NCBI RefSeq assembly: GCF_021869535.1
Contig: NW_026262626.1
Coordinates: 27,218,001 to 27,282,000 of the forward strand
Direction of reading: 5' to 3'
DNA: 64,000 nucleotides
Origin: Mytilus californianus
Taxonomy: Eukaryota
The notes beneath the pieces were generated by a model. The model did not search any database and was not told the DNA's origin. It was given only the letters and a program-made list of their open reading frames with translations. The position numbers and the translations under genes are program-made. Shown one piece after another: positions 36,358 to 50,600 of this stretch (position 1 is the stretch's first letter; every line of letters begins with the position of its first letter).

Positions 36358-39300
36358 CAATTAAACAATGTAACATTTCTTGTTCAGAGATATACTTATT
36401 CTTTTTAAATATTCCTTTAAATATAAGTGTCATATAGCATCTTAAATGTGGCAGTACAAAACCGTGTTCAAATGAATGAAAACTTGTTTATATGAATAGT
36501 GTTTGTTTGTTTCTCTTCAGGATCGTTTTCTCCATTTTTAAGTTAGCTTGGATGCTCTTTAATGGTTTATTTATTTGGCGTCTCAATATTTAGGTCTCTT
36601 CATTTTCTTTTGTGAAGATATTTTTTAAAAACGACTGTATGGTGGGGTGAGGTCGACATTTTACGATTATATTGAACAGTTTTATATCACAGACAAAATC
36701 CACGATTGTTTTCTAATTTTGTGAACCGGAAGCAAAAACAAGCCTGGAAGTGCAAACCAAACAATTCCTAAGAGGTGCACGTGAACCGTTAAACTGATTC
36801 ATTTGTGCAACTACAATCAACACGACTTCATCTTTTTATCGAGTGAAAATTATCTGTTCGTACTAGCACTAAACTAAAAAATATAAGTTTCATAGTTAGG
36901 ATATATTCGTATTTATTTCAGTAAGAAAATGCCTGTACCAAGTCAGGAATATGACAGTTGTTATCCATTCGTTTGATGTGTTTGAGCTTTTGATTTTGCC
37001 ATTTGCTTAGGGACTTTCCGTTTAGAATTGTTCAAAGAAGTGCAAAAAAATATTCATTATATCTTATAGTTTTACAAGTTTTCGTATCTGTTTGACTTAA
37101 CTAAAACATGGAAAGATTTGCAATTATTTTAGTTTGTTCTTAAACTTTATTATTTGTGGTGTATATATTTGAGACTAGATTAGACTTAAATCGGAAGATC
37201 TGGTTTGTATGAACCATGTGAACCGTTCGGTTGAACCTGACAGATGCATACAATCATTATCATGTTATTGAAAGGATATGCTGACACGACACAAATATTT
37301 AAAAAGAATGTAAAAATTAAGGACTTTGATATTTTGTTCTAGATTTTCATTTGGATAACAATGATCCGGAATAAAAAGAAGTTCTGTGTTTTGTTATCAG
37401 ATTGTACAAGAACGTTTACCTATCTAGCCATCTAGAGGTCACTTCCGTATTTCAATGTCTCGCTGAAAAAAATATATGTCTCTAATATTCAACATAATGG
37501 TTGTTTTGTTTTCCTGTATACAATGAGGTCCATAAAATCTTTTTGTTATAGAAAGAAAGGTTTAAAGAGATGTGTTATGATATAATCGGTGTTGTCATCA
37601 ACGGGAAAACGAACATTAGAATATGAATACGACATTTAGATCATATGTATGTAGTAATTACAGGTATTTAATAACGATAAGGCAAATCATGGTATCCTCC
37701 GCATCAAGAATGAGTTGATTAAAAACATAAATGACATCACCGAATGTGAATTTCCATCGGATTTTTAAATGTCTAGATAAACAAAATGGTTCCATCAGCG
37801 GAACAACAACTGCTTATCATTTCGGAGCACCTCAGTGCTTGCCCATTTTTTTATTGGGTTAGATTTGCAAGTGTTGAAGTGTTTAATGGACTATTATTGG
37901 TTTTTGTTGTATATTTTTTGGGGGAGGGGTGGGGGGGGATGCCACGTTTTTATTTTTGTATTGCCTCCTTGATAACGTCAATTCTCTTTTTCTACATCGT
38001 ATGAACTTAAAATATTGGTTTTCATTGTTTCAAATTGTCATCATTAGTCAAAGTGTGTTACTTCATCGAAGAGATAATGTATAGACTATATTTTATTAAC
38101 AAATGTATCGATGTAAATCTCGACTTAATTGGAAAGAGCGTTAACAATGTTCGAATCTAACATAGATTTACACTGTTCATTTTGATGATACTAGAAGGAT
38201 GGGAAAAGAAATTGACTTTGGATTTTCAATTTTCAATTCAAGATACTACAATGTGTTGTGATTATCTTATGGTACCCTATTACTTGCTTAGCAATGATAT
38301 CGTACAAATAATTTGTCGAGTCTGTTTTAACGTTACAAATATGTTGGAATTTACCGGATGAATTCCCTGAATTATCTATTCTAAAAGGTTTTGAAAGGAG
38401 ATAACTCAATTTGCCTATCTGCAACTTATTTTCCACTGATAAATACCCGCAAAGGATGTTATTTCTTTTACCGTAAATTGGGAAATTTTAGCGTCGAGAT
38501 AGTTTGGCGGTTTTCTCTCGAAAGGCATGTGTTTTATTTTGGTGTGTGTAATTTTGGTGCTTCGTCCAATTGATATGTTTTAATTTTAGAACAACAGTAG
38601 TGAGCAAGCTCATTCATATTTGCCTTTATTTACCTGTTTATTGGCAAAATATCATTAAATTCTCAAACTAGAAACACGACCAATTTAATATAAGAAAGGA
38701 ATCGGATACGGATGCAATTGCAACTAATTCCGTATATCCTGGTTCGAAGATGAAAGAAAATATGAAATAAAATCTTAAACATTAAAATCACTTTTTAAAT
38801 AGATTATTTATCTTTTACAAATATCATATGAAATAAACTTTAATCATCTCGTTTGCAGTACATGTTAATCTATTGACAATCAAGGATTTAAATTTTAATC
38901 CTTATGCCTCTGGCAGTACATGTTAATTAATTGAAGATAAAGGATTACAAGGAGTTTTGATATTCTAATTACCAAAAACGGCGTCTAATCAGCAATAGCC
39001 TGGCATATTTATGACATGTGTGAATAAAAATTTATATTGTGTTTTCTTAACAATTTCAGAAAATTGACAATTAAGTAAAAATTATATAGTGTTGTTTTCA
39101 ACGTATACCAGGTATTTATTTGCAGATTTGGCTATGTATAGAATTGTAGGAAATATACGGAAGATATAATAACATAAAATATTTTCCCCAACAATTAGCA
39201 TTACACATTGTCGTACCGGTACGCAAATTTGGCGTTTCAATTTTTAGTGTTCGCTTTATTTTCGTGTGTTTAATTTTGGCAATTTCATTGGAGGCACCAA

Positions 39301-40624
39301 ATAAACCAAAATAAAACTACAACCAAAATAACCCAATTTACTGTATTAACTAAATCATGATCACAGGTTCTTAAACTGCACTGGAACAAGATGAAAATTA
39401 AATCGTCACGTCATATTCCAGACAAACCTTATTTTGGGAAGGGTGAGGTGGCCTCCGAATACCCATGCGTGAAACGTAATTGATTGCAACTGGTTTTGTA
39501 AAATGAAATGGTAAAGCTTTAAAAGGTAAATGACAATGTGTCTGAACAGAAAAAGTTAAAGTCATAATGTGAAAAATGTAAATTGAAAGTTATTCAATAA
39601 TTATTATCTAAATGATAAAGCATTTAACGTTCTTGGCCGATCGGGAAATGTCATAAGGAATTGCCAAGATATACAGAAATATAACTTCATTGTTAAATAC
39701 TACTATTTTCGTTTTTTTGTTAGAGTGAAACAAAAGTACTTATAAAAACTAATAGATGGCATGAAAAATATACTATTTGTCAACGTTCGTTTAAGAGAAA
39801 AACACAGTCTATTGATAAAAGTGCGATTTTGCTTCTAAACAGTGTATTGTGCACAAATTATCATACACATGGACGCTTTGAATTAATGCACAGTAGTTTA
39901 CCGCTGTCAAATCACAACTCGCTTAAGAAGAGGCAACAAACAAAAACCGAGAGAATCGCATAAATCCCAAAAGGAGCGAGACCAGGTGTTATAAGACATA
40001 AACAAGCATTATAATATTTTTACCTATATGCATGAAATGTGTATACTGTATATTATGTTTAATTTAAGATGTTTTTGAATATTGGTAACAGATTGTGAGT
40101 ATTGAATTTTTCATTATAATGACTTTGAAAAACTTTCAAACAATTTGCTACAATGAACGCTTGGTTCTTGGAAACCTGCATTTTTTAAAAATATCATCGC
40201 AAGTACAAAATCGGTGATTAGTCTCATTAGAGGCCAGTAAAAACTCTTTCCGGCAATGGCAAGATATCAAACTGTTCAGTTAATAATAAATGCAATAAAG
40301 AAGTGTCATTTTTTGGTATTGCTACACAGTGGTACAATCTTAGTAGTAAACATGTGCTCGTTACAATAATTGTTACCTAGACAGAAAATTTTTTTTTTTT
40401 GAAGTGACTTATTTAAAGCATTCTGCCATTTAGCTTTGATATAGTTTTACAATGAATACTAGTAATATTGTGTGTAATACGTTAAATCATGTGTACAGAC
40501 AGTTAGCATAGACTGAGACTATTCAATTGATTTTAAAAATTCTTAGTTTCTACATTGAAGAACAAATTTAATCTAAAGTAATAATGCTAATGAAAAGTGC
40601 TTGGCAATGTAATGTTATGCCCAT

Positions 40625-41945
40625 TATTTTCTGTTCTGTATATTTTGGCACCAATTATTTTTTTGTTCTTTCAACTCTATACATACCCTATATTATTCGT
40701 CGGGATGATCTAGAAACGGATCAACAACTCGATAAATAATATGTGTTCATATTCAATTGCCAAGTCTTTACTTTAACAAAACAGTCCAAAATTCAAACGT
40801 TTGTGAATAGTTACATCCATCAACCTACCTTACCACAACCCGACCAGTCGCACTTGACATTAATTATTTGATATAAACAGCAGTTGAAAGTGTTTTATGA
40901 TTTTACACACGGTATGATGATAATCCTTTTTTCAAACAATAAGGGAATTCGAACAAGATTAACAGAATGATTATTGATGTCAAATAAATTTAATTAATTA
41001 AAATCAACAAATTCAAATGATGCATAAGCAATGAAAACCACTTTGTTGTGATATTTTCCTTTCAAAGTAAAACTTATCTTAGTCCCAAATCAAGTATTAA
41101 TTTTTAATGTACAAATCGATATTATACCTTGTTTAACTTGTGCACAATACCACAAAACATTATATATGCCATTATTTTGTATACTCAACATCAAAATAAC
41201 GACTATTTGTCCCCAGGAATTCAAACCCGTTCTCGTAGCGCAATCTTAGTCATCACATGAATGACTACTGGACTGTTTAGGTACGACCAAATCAAATTTC
41301 TATAAAACAACACAACGTAGGCTGAATTGGTCCTCGCTTTAAATTTTGTACGATTTGTGGTTCTTAAACGTTCAAATTTGTTTTCATTAAAACATTCAAT
41401 TAAACAGGTAAAGAAATATGGGTATTGTAAGTTTTGTATTTATCATATCAATCACTTTGAAAAACTTTCAAACAAATTGCTACAACAAATAAACATGATT
41501 CTTGAACACTTGCATGTTTAAAAATATTATTAAAAGTCTGTGTTTTTTAAGTAATCTTTCTCTTTTCGTAATTTGTTTACCATTGTTTTCTCTTCTGTAT
41601 ACGTTGGCACCAATTATTTTCTGTTCTTTCAACTCTTCACCCTATATCATTCGTCGGGATGATCTAGAAAGGATTAACAATTTAATAAACAATATGTGTT
41701 CATATTCAAATGGCGAGTCTTTAGTTAAACAAACCAGTCCAAAATTCACACGTTTGTGAATAGTTACAGCCATCAAACCCACCTTACCACAACCCGACCA
41801 ATCGCACTTGCCATTAATTATTTTATATAAACAGAAGTTGATAGTGCCATATGATTTTACACACAGTATGATGATAATCCTTTTTTTTAAACAATTACGG
41901 GAATTTGAACAAGATTAACAGAATGATTTTTGATGTCAAATAAAC
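40625..41945 (+). repeat. Direct duplication of about 360 bp (40625-40985 and 41585-41945)
   Basis: ctgtata...ggcaccaattatttt...ttcgtcgggatgatctagaaa...ccacaacccgacca.tcgcacttg...gatgtcaaataaa is present twice. Confidence 0.9.
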
Positions 41946-42295
41946 TTGGTTAAAACTATTAAATACTGTGAACATTAACTCTTAACAATAATCTTAAATC
42001 AAAAGTATAGTAAAGATATCTCATTAAGCTTGTGTTACGAGTAGATTGGGGTGGATTTATGAGCAATTATTGGCGAATATATAAATGGGAAATTATGCCC
42101 AAACACACTACAAGTACTAGTATAAGAAAATACTTGTATTATTACGGCTTGTCTCCAATTGTTCTGAAAGTCTGTGTTATGTCACTTTAAAACTAAAACT
42201 TAATATGATTTTCGAGAACAAATCTGTTTCTTGAATTACCTTCATGGAGACAAAAACTTCAGAAATTAACAAATTAAAACAAATAGAGACATTAG

Positions 42296-42632
42296 AATAG
42301 AAATGGGTTGGCGCCTGTTAAAACGTTTAAACCCGCTGCATTTGTTTGCACCTGTCCTAAGTCAGGAGCCTGTTGTTCAGTGATTGTTTTTTCTTTATGT
42401 GGTTCATTAGTGTTTCTCGTTTCTCGTTTTTTATATAGATTAGACCGTTTGTTTTCCTGTTTGAATTGTTTTACACTAGTCATTTTGGGACCCTTTATAG
42501 TTTGCTGTTCGGTGTGACCCAAGGCTCCGTGTTGAAGGCCGTACTCTGACCTATAATTGTTTTCTTTTTACACATTTTGACTTGGATGGAGAGTTGTCTT
42601 ATTGTCACTCATACCACATCTTTTTATTTCTA
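42296..42632 (+). repeat. Family-A repeat copy (opposite orientation to 14517)
   Basis: Reverse complement of the 14517-14893 core, ending ...ataccacatctttttatttcta. Confidence 0.88.
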
Positions 42633-44020
42633 TTAACATGATTAACATAAAAGAAAATTTAAATCATGCAAACACCGAAGCAATTGCCTTTAGGTTGATG
42701 ATACCATTAAGTGTCACCATGATAAATCATAGTCCATCAGAAGCGTTATCGACCCAATGGTTAAATTGACTGGTGAGTTACCCGTTAGACGTTTATTTTG
42801 ATTAAACTAAGACTTATTATTTACCTCATCAAGTTAATTTACACTATGGTAGAATTAAAGATATGTTTTGTTTACCATCTTGATTCATTATTATTAATTA
42901 ACATGCATTTTCGGAAATAAAAGGCAAAAGTAACACACATGTTAAAAAACATGAAAGACTTTGGAATATTTAAATTCTGTCGACATGCTTTAAGTCTTAA
43001 AAGATCAATATACATTTTTACCCGTATGCATTAAATTGACACAGCAATAATATTATGTCTGTAATACGATGTTTTCGAATTTTGGTAACATATTGTCATT
43101 ATAGAATTTTTCGTTAGAATAACATTCCCAAACTTTTAAATAATTGGCTACAAACAAAACATTATTCTTGTAGAAAGTGCAGATTATCTATTCAAACTGT
43201 TTTAACTCGGCGGAATAATTCAAAATTGATACGTGCTAAATATTAAACAAGGTGTGTTACTTTTTAACTTGGATTTTGAATTTCTACAGAAGGGCACAAA
43301 ACTATATTCTTACTGACATACAACAAAATTTTTTAACAGATTGACGAAAAACATCTCATCTTTCTTTTTCTTTTATGCGAACACATTTAAAGTCATATGA
43401 AACGAGTTTGTTGAGATTTTAATGTTATCGAAATTATTGAACCAATGCATGCATATTATACTAAACTAAGTCTTATATGCTCGTTTTTTTATATTTATTA
43501 CGAATCTATAACGTATTTTCGACAAATAATATTTCATTCAGTGATTGTTGATCGCAAGCTTATTAACTTTCGAGTTTTTTCCCGAAGTTTACAGGATCGT
43601 GACATTGATAAACAATATAAACAGGGCACGTGCAAAACGTGACAAATAAGTGAATATAAAGAGCCATTACATTCGTTTTTTATATTTTCCATGTGTTCCC
43701 ATTTTTAATTAAACTTTTACTTAACAGTTGTACAATGATTTCTTGAATAAAATTGTTCTTAAAGAATCTGTTATTACTATTTACCTTCCAGAGCACGTTT
43801 GTTTCCATTGTTTCATCACGGTTTTCCCTCGCACTTGCGCTGTGTGGTGGACGAAATTATAACGAGAGATCTCGTACATGTAGTTAAGGTCACTGCATAC
43901 GTGAAAATATCGGCGAATTAGTGTTTGTAAGTCAATAATCTAATATTGATACATTCATGAAGATTTTGATAATATAGAGGATGTTCTTTTAAAAAAAAAA
44001 GTTCATGTTCACTTCTTTTA

Positions 44021-45929
44021 GAATAAAACTTAGCTATTCAAGTATAAAAAAACATATTCAATGTATCGTTTCAATTTGAAGTTTCATATGAATTTAAAGA
44101 CCATCATAGGTAGTGTTAGTTATATGCTCAGATTTACGACTACTTGTTTCCGTCCTTATTTGACAAGTCAATATGAAAAAAGTCGAATGTTGAGGCTTAT
44201 GAACAATACATTAAATGTTTGAGCATTGAAATTGAAAATAAGGCTATATACATTTCATGGTCTACAGTAGATGAACAAACAAATCAAATATGAGATTCCG
44301 AGAAATAATACAAAATGACGCATTTAAACCAATTAAATGATAGTAAACTCGTTGTAGCCCACAATGCATTGTGGTTCATTGAGTCGATTGGCCAATTTCT
44401 CAGAGGCATGTTTACATTTAGTATTTGCGAAATTACTATGCAAATGTATTCTGAATAAAACTTAGCTATTCAAGTATAAAAAAACATATTCAATGTTTCG
44501 TTTTAATTTGAAGTTTCATATGAATCTAAAGACTATCATAGGTAGTTTTAGGTCTTTGCTCAGATTTACGACTACTTGTGTCCGTCCTAAGAAAAGAAAT
44601 ATTTCAAAACATATTTACAAGCTGTGACTTTGATATGAATATGAACAATAAAAGCATTGCTGTATAAAAGGTAGAATAACAAAAAAACGAACTCCGAGGA
44701 AAATTCAAAACGGAAAGTCCCTAATCAAATAGCAAAATCAAAAGCTCAAACACATCAAACGAAAAAATAACAACTGTCATATTTCTGACTTGGTACAAGC
44801 ATTTTCTTATGTAGAAAATGTTGGATTCAACCATGTTTTATAGCTTGCTAAACCTCTCACTTGTATGACAGTCGTTCAAATTCCAATATATGCACGTATA
44901 CGAGTGCATGATGTCATTTTTTTCAATTAAAATTGAACGAGGTCAATGAGACAGCAACTTAACGACAAAAAAAAAAATAACAACTAGAAGACAGCATTAC
45001 GTCTTTAGCAAAAAAAACAGGTATATCAATCAATCTATATCACAAATTTTTGACAAAAATGAATTGCACTTATTTTAATCTAAAAGAGGGGCGAAAGATA
45101 CCAAAGGGACATTCAAATTCAAAAAAAAAGGAAAAGACAAACAGACAAACAATAGTACACATAACACAACATAGAAAACTAAAGACTAAGCAACATAAAC
45201 CCTACCAAAAACTGGGGTCGATCTCAGGTGCTCCGGAAGGGTAAACAGATTCTGCTCCACATGTGGCACCCGTAGTGTTGCTCATGCTAGTACAAACCCT
45301 GTAATTAGTTAAATAGCATATGCATATAGTATCTGTGTTTGTCTTGGACCTCGTGGTGCTTTGTAGCCAGTATTGATGCATATCAAGTAGAATTGCTATG
45401 CCATATTCTCTCTGCATTTGGAAAGAGCATTGTCTTTGCAAAGACATAAGTAGTTACACATACGGGATACGAAAATTTCAAAGGCAAATAGTTTCATGTC
45501 ACCCATTTTTACTTTAATTAGTTTTAAAGAGCTCAATGAAATTTACTATTCAATGAACACGTCCTTATTAGTTTCACGTGGAATGCATGCACAGGGACAG
45601 TGCATAACACTAGACAAAACGTATTCTTTCTTACTTTGACAAATCAATATGAAAAAAATCGAATGTTGAGGCTTATGAAAAATACTTTAAATGTTTGAGC
45701 ATTGAAATTGAAGATAAGGCTATATAAATTACATGGTCTACAGTAGATAAACAAAAAAATCAAATATGAGATTCCGAGAAATAATACAAAATGACACATT
45801 TAAACCAATTAAGTGATAGTAAACTCGTTGTAGCCCACAATGCATTGTGGTTCATTGAGTCGATTGGCCAATTTCTCAGGGGCATGTTTACATTGAGTAT
45901 TTGCGAAATTACTATGCAAATGTATTCTG
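44021..45929 (+). repeat. 432-bp tandem duplication whose second copy is split by a 1.04-kb insert
   Basis: Copy 1 is 44021-44452. Copy 2 is 44453-44588 plus about 45630-45929. The insert (44589-45629) holds family-C and family-B pieces. Confidence 0.88.
45083..45300 (-). repeat. Family-B repeat copy (another copy 48265-48600; short fragment 49150-49195 in the opposite orientation)
   Basis: aaagaggggcgaaagataccaaagggaca...atctcaggtgctccggaagggtaa...ctccacatgtggcacccgt.gtgttgctc. Confidence 0.85.
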
Positions 45930-46481
45930 ATGTCAGAAATCTAGTGGTTTTGACCTGGTTTTAGTATACTAAAAGATTTTGTCTAATTTTTAAAACGGCA
46001 CTTTTTTCATAAATAAGCTCCCGCTTCAATGTGGCCTTTTACGCTTAGGTGTCATGAAGAAAACGCCAACTAAGAATTTTTTTTAATTTCTTAATTCGGT
46101 TATTTATGCAACCAAAAATCCATCCCTAGGATTAATGGACTTCTATTGTAAAAAGTAACATCACAAAATACTGAACTCCGAGGAAAATCTAATCGCAAAA
46201 TCAAAAGCTCAAACACATCAAACGAATTGACAACAACTGTCATATTCTTGACTTGGTATAGGCATTTTCTTATGTAGAAAATGGTGGATTAAACCTGGTT
46301 TTATAGCCAGCTAAACCTCTCACTTGTATGACAGTCGCGTAAAACAGCACTCTAATTTGTAGTAGCCTATTGATGTTGTATGATTGCCAATGAGACCATT
46401 TCCAACAGAGATCAAATGAATGTGATACTGAGACGTCTATGTGCTAAATATAGACATCTTGGTATCCATTCAGCTTAAAAT

Positions 46482-46583
46482 TTTCTCCTAGATAACATAT
46501 ATGTACGTTTAGTCGATAAAGTGTATCGTCAGATAGTAGGTATTCCTATGGACACTAACTGCGCCCCTTTAATAGCAGATTTA
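46482..46583 (+). mobile_element. Short Penelope-like RT fragment (motif 4 region)
   Basis: FLLDNIYVRLVDKVYRQIVGIPMDTNCAPLIADL. Confidence 0.75.
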
Positions 46584-46689
46584 ACTATCCTACTACCTGT
46601 CGATACATTTATTTTTGGCATTGCACAAGTCATGTCTTCTTTGACTGTTCATGACGTTAAAATACTAAATCCCTGGGATGTGTATTAGT

Positions 46690-47602
46690 TGATTTTTGTC
46701 TATATACCAGCTTTGATTATTTGGTATTACTACAAATTTTCACTTCTTCGTACTATGAACATCAAAATTATTTCATTTCTCCTTAAATACTGTTCTTGCA
46801 CCTGTAAAGGAATTTTAATCTAGCACTTATTGTATAGTTTTACTGTTGATATTCACCCCATATGTACCAAGTGTTAGATTAGTTTTATTGATATTAAAGA
46901 CATTTCTTGGTATTCCTAAACGGAAGATTTTATACACACAGAAGAAGAAGTATACTTAACAACAAAATTATTTTCATTTACCTTTGTATAATATGACGCA
47001 GGTTTTTTCAAAAGTGATTATTTTCTAAATATTGTTTAACATTTCACAGTGGTATCATACTTTAACTTTGTTTTAACCTGTTTATTTACTTTTGACCTTA
47101 ATCATTTATCCCTTATAATTTTTATTAACTATGTATTTGCATTCAGGTATCACAGATCAAATCTATTCGTTCATTGTTTGTTAATTTACGTTTTTTGATT
47201 GAGTTAAGCCTTCCAATAGATATTTCATAGTGTGTCTTTCTATGCTGTGATGTTATACTATTGTTTCAGAAAAGGGAGAAGGTTTGGTACCATTAAAACG
47301 TTTAATCCCGCTGCAAATGTTTGCACCTGTCCTAAGTCAGGAATCTGATGTACAGTAGTTGTCGTCTGTTTATGTAGTTCATACGTGTCGTTTCTCGTTT
47401 TTATATAGATTAGACCGTTGGTTTTCCCGTTTGAATGGTTTTACACTAGTAATTTTTGGGGCCCTTTATAGCTGGCTGTTCGGTGTGAGCGAATGCTCCG
47501 TGTTGAAGGCCGTACCTTGACCTATAATGGTTTACTTTTATAAATTGTTACTTGGATGGAGAGTTGTCTCATTGGCAGTCATACCACATCTTCCTATATC
47601 TA
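46690..47602 (+). repeat. Long family-A copy (core 47220-47602 plus about 500-bp extension); counterpart at 54715-55472
   Basis: Both loci share gtctatataccagctttgat...ttttcacttc..gtactatgaacatcaaaattattt and aacaacaaaattattttcatttacct ahead of the family-A core, and both end in ccacatcttc(c/t)tatatcta. Confidence 0.8.
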
Positions 47603-50600
47603 TCAAGCTTGTCTTGATCTCCAAGTATTTATAGTGGAGGCTGATGACGTTGATCTTCATCTGGATCTAGCAGTGGGTAAGGGAACAGAGACTGGGACTA
47701 CCATCGTCATAATACCGATGTGATAATCAATATCAATCGTTATGTTGTTAGACAAAATCTTCATTTTATAAAGAAAGAGAGTTATAACAGGAATATATTG
47801 GATATTGTGATTATTGATGCCGTAATGACAGCCTAGCTTAGATAGTTCTAAGATAGCTTCGACATGTCGTAAGTTGGTCTAACAATAATCCTAATTATCA
47901 AAGATATGTCTTCGAACGAACCCTATGGCAGCTTCGATAAACAGGCCCCAGGTGTTTTGACTCAACGCAAGGAAATCTATTTGATAGGGTTTAATTTGGT
48001 AATTTTAGTAATGGTTTGTTTAAATTTCTATAATCTATTTTAAGAAGAGTTAATACCTTTTTGGCCGTTTCATCTAAATTGTGGTTACTAGTGCAATTCC
48101 CCTTAGCCAATCGACTTTGAATATTTAAATCTGGTCTAATTGAAGAGGTCATCCGATAACGCAGTCTTTTCGTGGCTTCCAAATTTACAAAATATCAATG
48201 GCAGGTTGCATTGAAGTGAGCCAATTTTTAATGCATGATACATGGTATTTATTATGGCAAAAAACAGGCGAAAGATACCAAAGGGACATTCCAACTCATT
48301 AATCGAAAATAAACTGACAACCTCATGGTAAAAAATGAAAAAAGACCAAAAGACAAACTGTACAGAAAACACAACAAAGAAACAAAAAACTGAGAAACAC
48401 GAACCCACCAAAACCCAAGGGTGATCTCAGGTGTTCCGGAAGAGTAACGAGATCGTGCCCTATATGTGGCACCCGTCATGTTGCTCGTGTAAGTACAAAC
48501 CCTGTGATAAGTCTTAATCGGAAGGGGACATTCAGGGGGAAGAGGACGGGAATGTGGATACGGCATTTGGAATATATCCATCGTCATCTGTGAAACAAAT
48601 AATCCATATAAGGTATTGCAATAACAATACTAATTCCATACATGTTAGTTTGATATGATGTGTTGTTTTGTATTTTATTTTTTATTCTTTAAATGAATAA
48701 TAAAACACTGGCATATATAATTCATGATTCTATTTTACTTTTGATTTATGAATAATGAATTGTAATTCTGTTTTAATTGAATTCAAATTATGATTAAGCA
48801 AAACGTATCTGTATACTCTATTGATAACCGACGGTTATACTTATGTAACGCCGATTTCAATCGTTCTGCCTCATCAACGTGTTGGCTCAGTTATTGTATC
48901 AGAAGTATTCCATGGTTGTGGTTCCTTACATTAATTTTTTCTCAGATAAATCCCGTTTACAAGGATTTTTTTTTTAAATACAATGAATTTATTGAACAAA
49001 GGTTTGTGTATGGTAGAGTTGTAGTCAACTAGTTAAAAGACTTAAGGTCAACATATTGGTTTAGTTGACTTTTATGGGATATTCGTGTCAACATTGTTTA
49101 CGCATATTTCCACTTATCACAAATATTTGTATTACACATGTATGCTTATCTAATGAGTTTCAATGTGCCTTTGGTATCTTTCGCCTCTCTTTTATGTTCT
49201 TGATCTACAATTTTCTAAATGTTCTTCTTTTTGTGTTTATATTTTTTATCGGTAAAAGCTAACTACAGACATGTTTCACTTGTCTTTGGAATAATACCGT
49301 TCTCTTTTCGTTGTTGGACATATAATCGATTTCTACGTATCACCAGATTGTCAATTTCCACGAGCAAAACGATTGATGCTTAAAGTAGAGCAGAAACTTT
49401 TCAATCGTCATGAGCGTATAAGTTCACACACAGTATTTGATGGACTTTTTGTTTACCAATCTTAAATTTCTGTTTTAGTTTGTTTTGTGTCGTTTTTCTT
49501 TTGGCCATGATCATGTGGGATTTTTCGTTTTTATTTTAATTCAACGTATGATTTTTGATTGCCCACTTGGATTATTCGTTATTTTTTTCGTCGTATATAT
49601 ACTGATTTGCAATTAAAAACCAATTTACTGTTGTCTTTTATCTTGTACAATTATAACAAGTCAATGTATGGTATTATATTCCGTTGTTTCTATGTGGTTG
49701 TACAACTATACATGTATGTAACCTATTTTATAGTATCTATGTCATAAGCTATACGGTATATATTCAGATCTACTATTTAGCATTATTATAGAATCTAAAA
49801 TATCGTACAATCTAATAAACATGCGGTTTCAATTCCGTTGTACAAACTTTTTCAGGTACGTTTGCTATGCGGTATGGGTTTTGTTCATTGCTGATCCGTA
49901 CGGTAAGTTATAGTTGCTAACCTTCCACGTATTGGTAGAGAATTGTCTCATTGGTAATCATACCACATCTTCTTATTTGTATAAAAACAAGTCTCCATAA
50001 TTTGAAAGTGATATTAGTATATGCTTTACAGCATAATACAGTATAAAGACTTGTTCATCAAGAAAAAGACATACAGAAATGTGAAGGTATAGCTTACGTC
50101 GCCGGTGGATAGTTATCTCATTTAGAATCATACGACATCTCCTTATTTCTATAGTAGTCAATTAATCTTTCAGTGTTAAATTCAAATATGTGTGTAAATC
50201 AATTTATATAACTCTTTTATACAAGTATGAAAGAAGATGTAGCTAGTGTTAACGCCAAAGAGATAGCAACCAAACGATAACAGTAAGCAACAAACAATCT
50301 TCGACAATAGACAAGTACGTATACAATTCAACAACATCATGCTTTATTACCAATTATGGACCCACAAGAGACATGTAGATATAAAAAAAGAATATGTGGT
50401 AATTTTGCCAATGAGACAACTCTCAACCAGAGACCAAATTACATAAAAGTTAACAACCATAGGTCACCGTACGGACTTCAACAATGAGCAAAACCCATAC
50501 CGCATAGTAAATTTTAAAAGGCCACGAAATGACAACTGTAAAACAATTCAAACGAGAAAACTAACAACCAGATTTATGTACATAATAATTAACGAAAAAC

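Noticed and set aside
42292-42522. Short ORFs in the track lying inside family-A, -B or -D repeats or IR arms (e.g. 1453-1794, 42292-42522, 45050-45447, 48136-48587, 56553-57069)
   Set aside because: They fall in non-coding repeats and are not preserved between copies.
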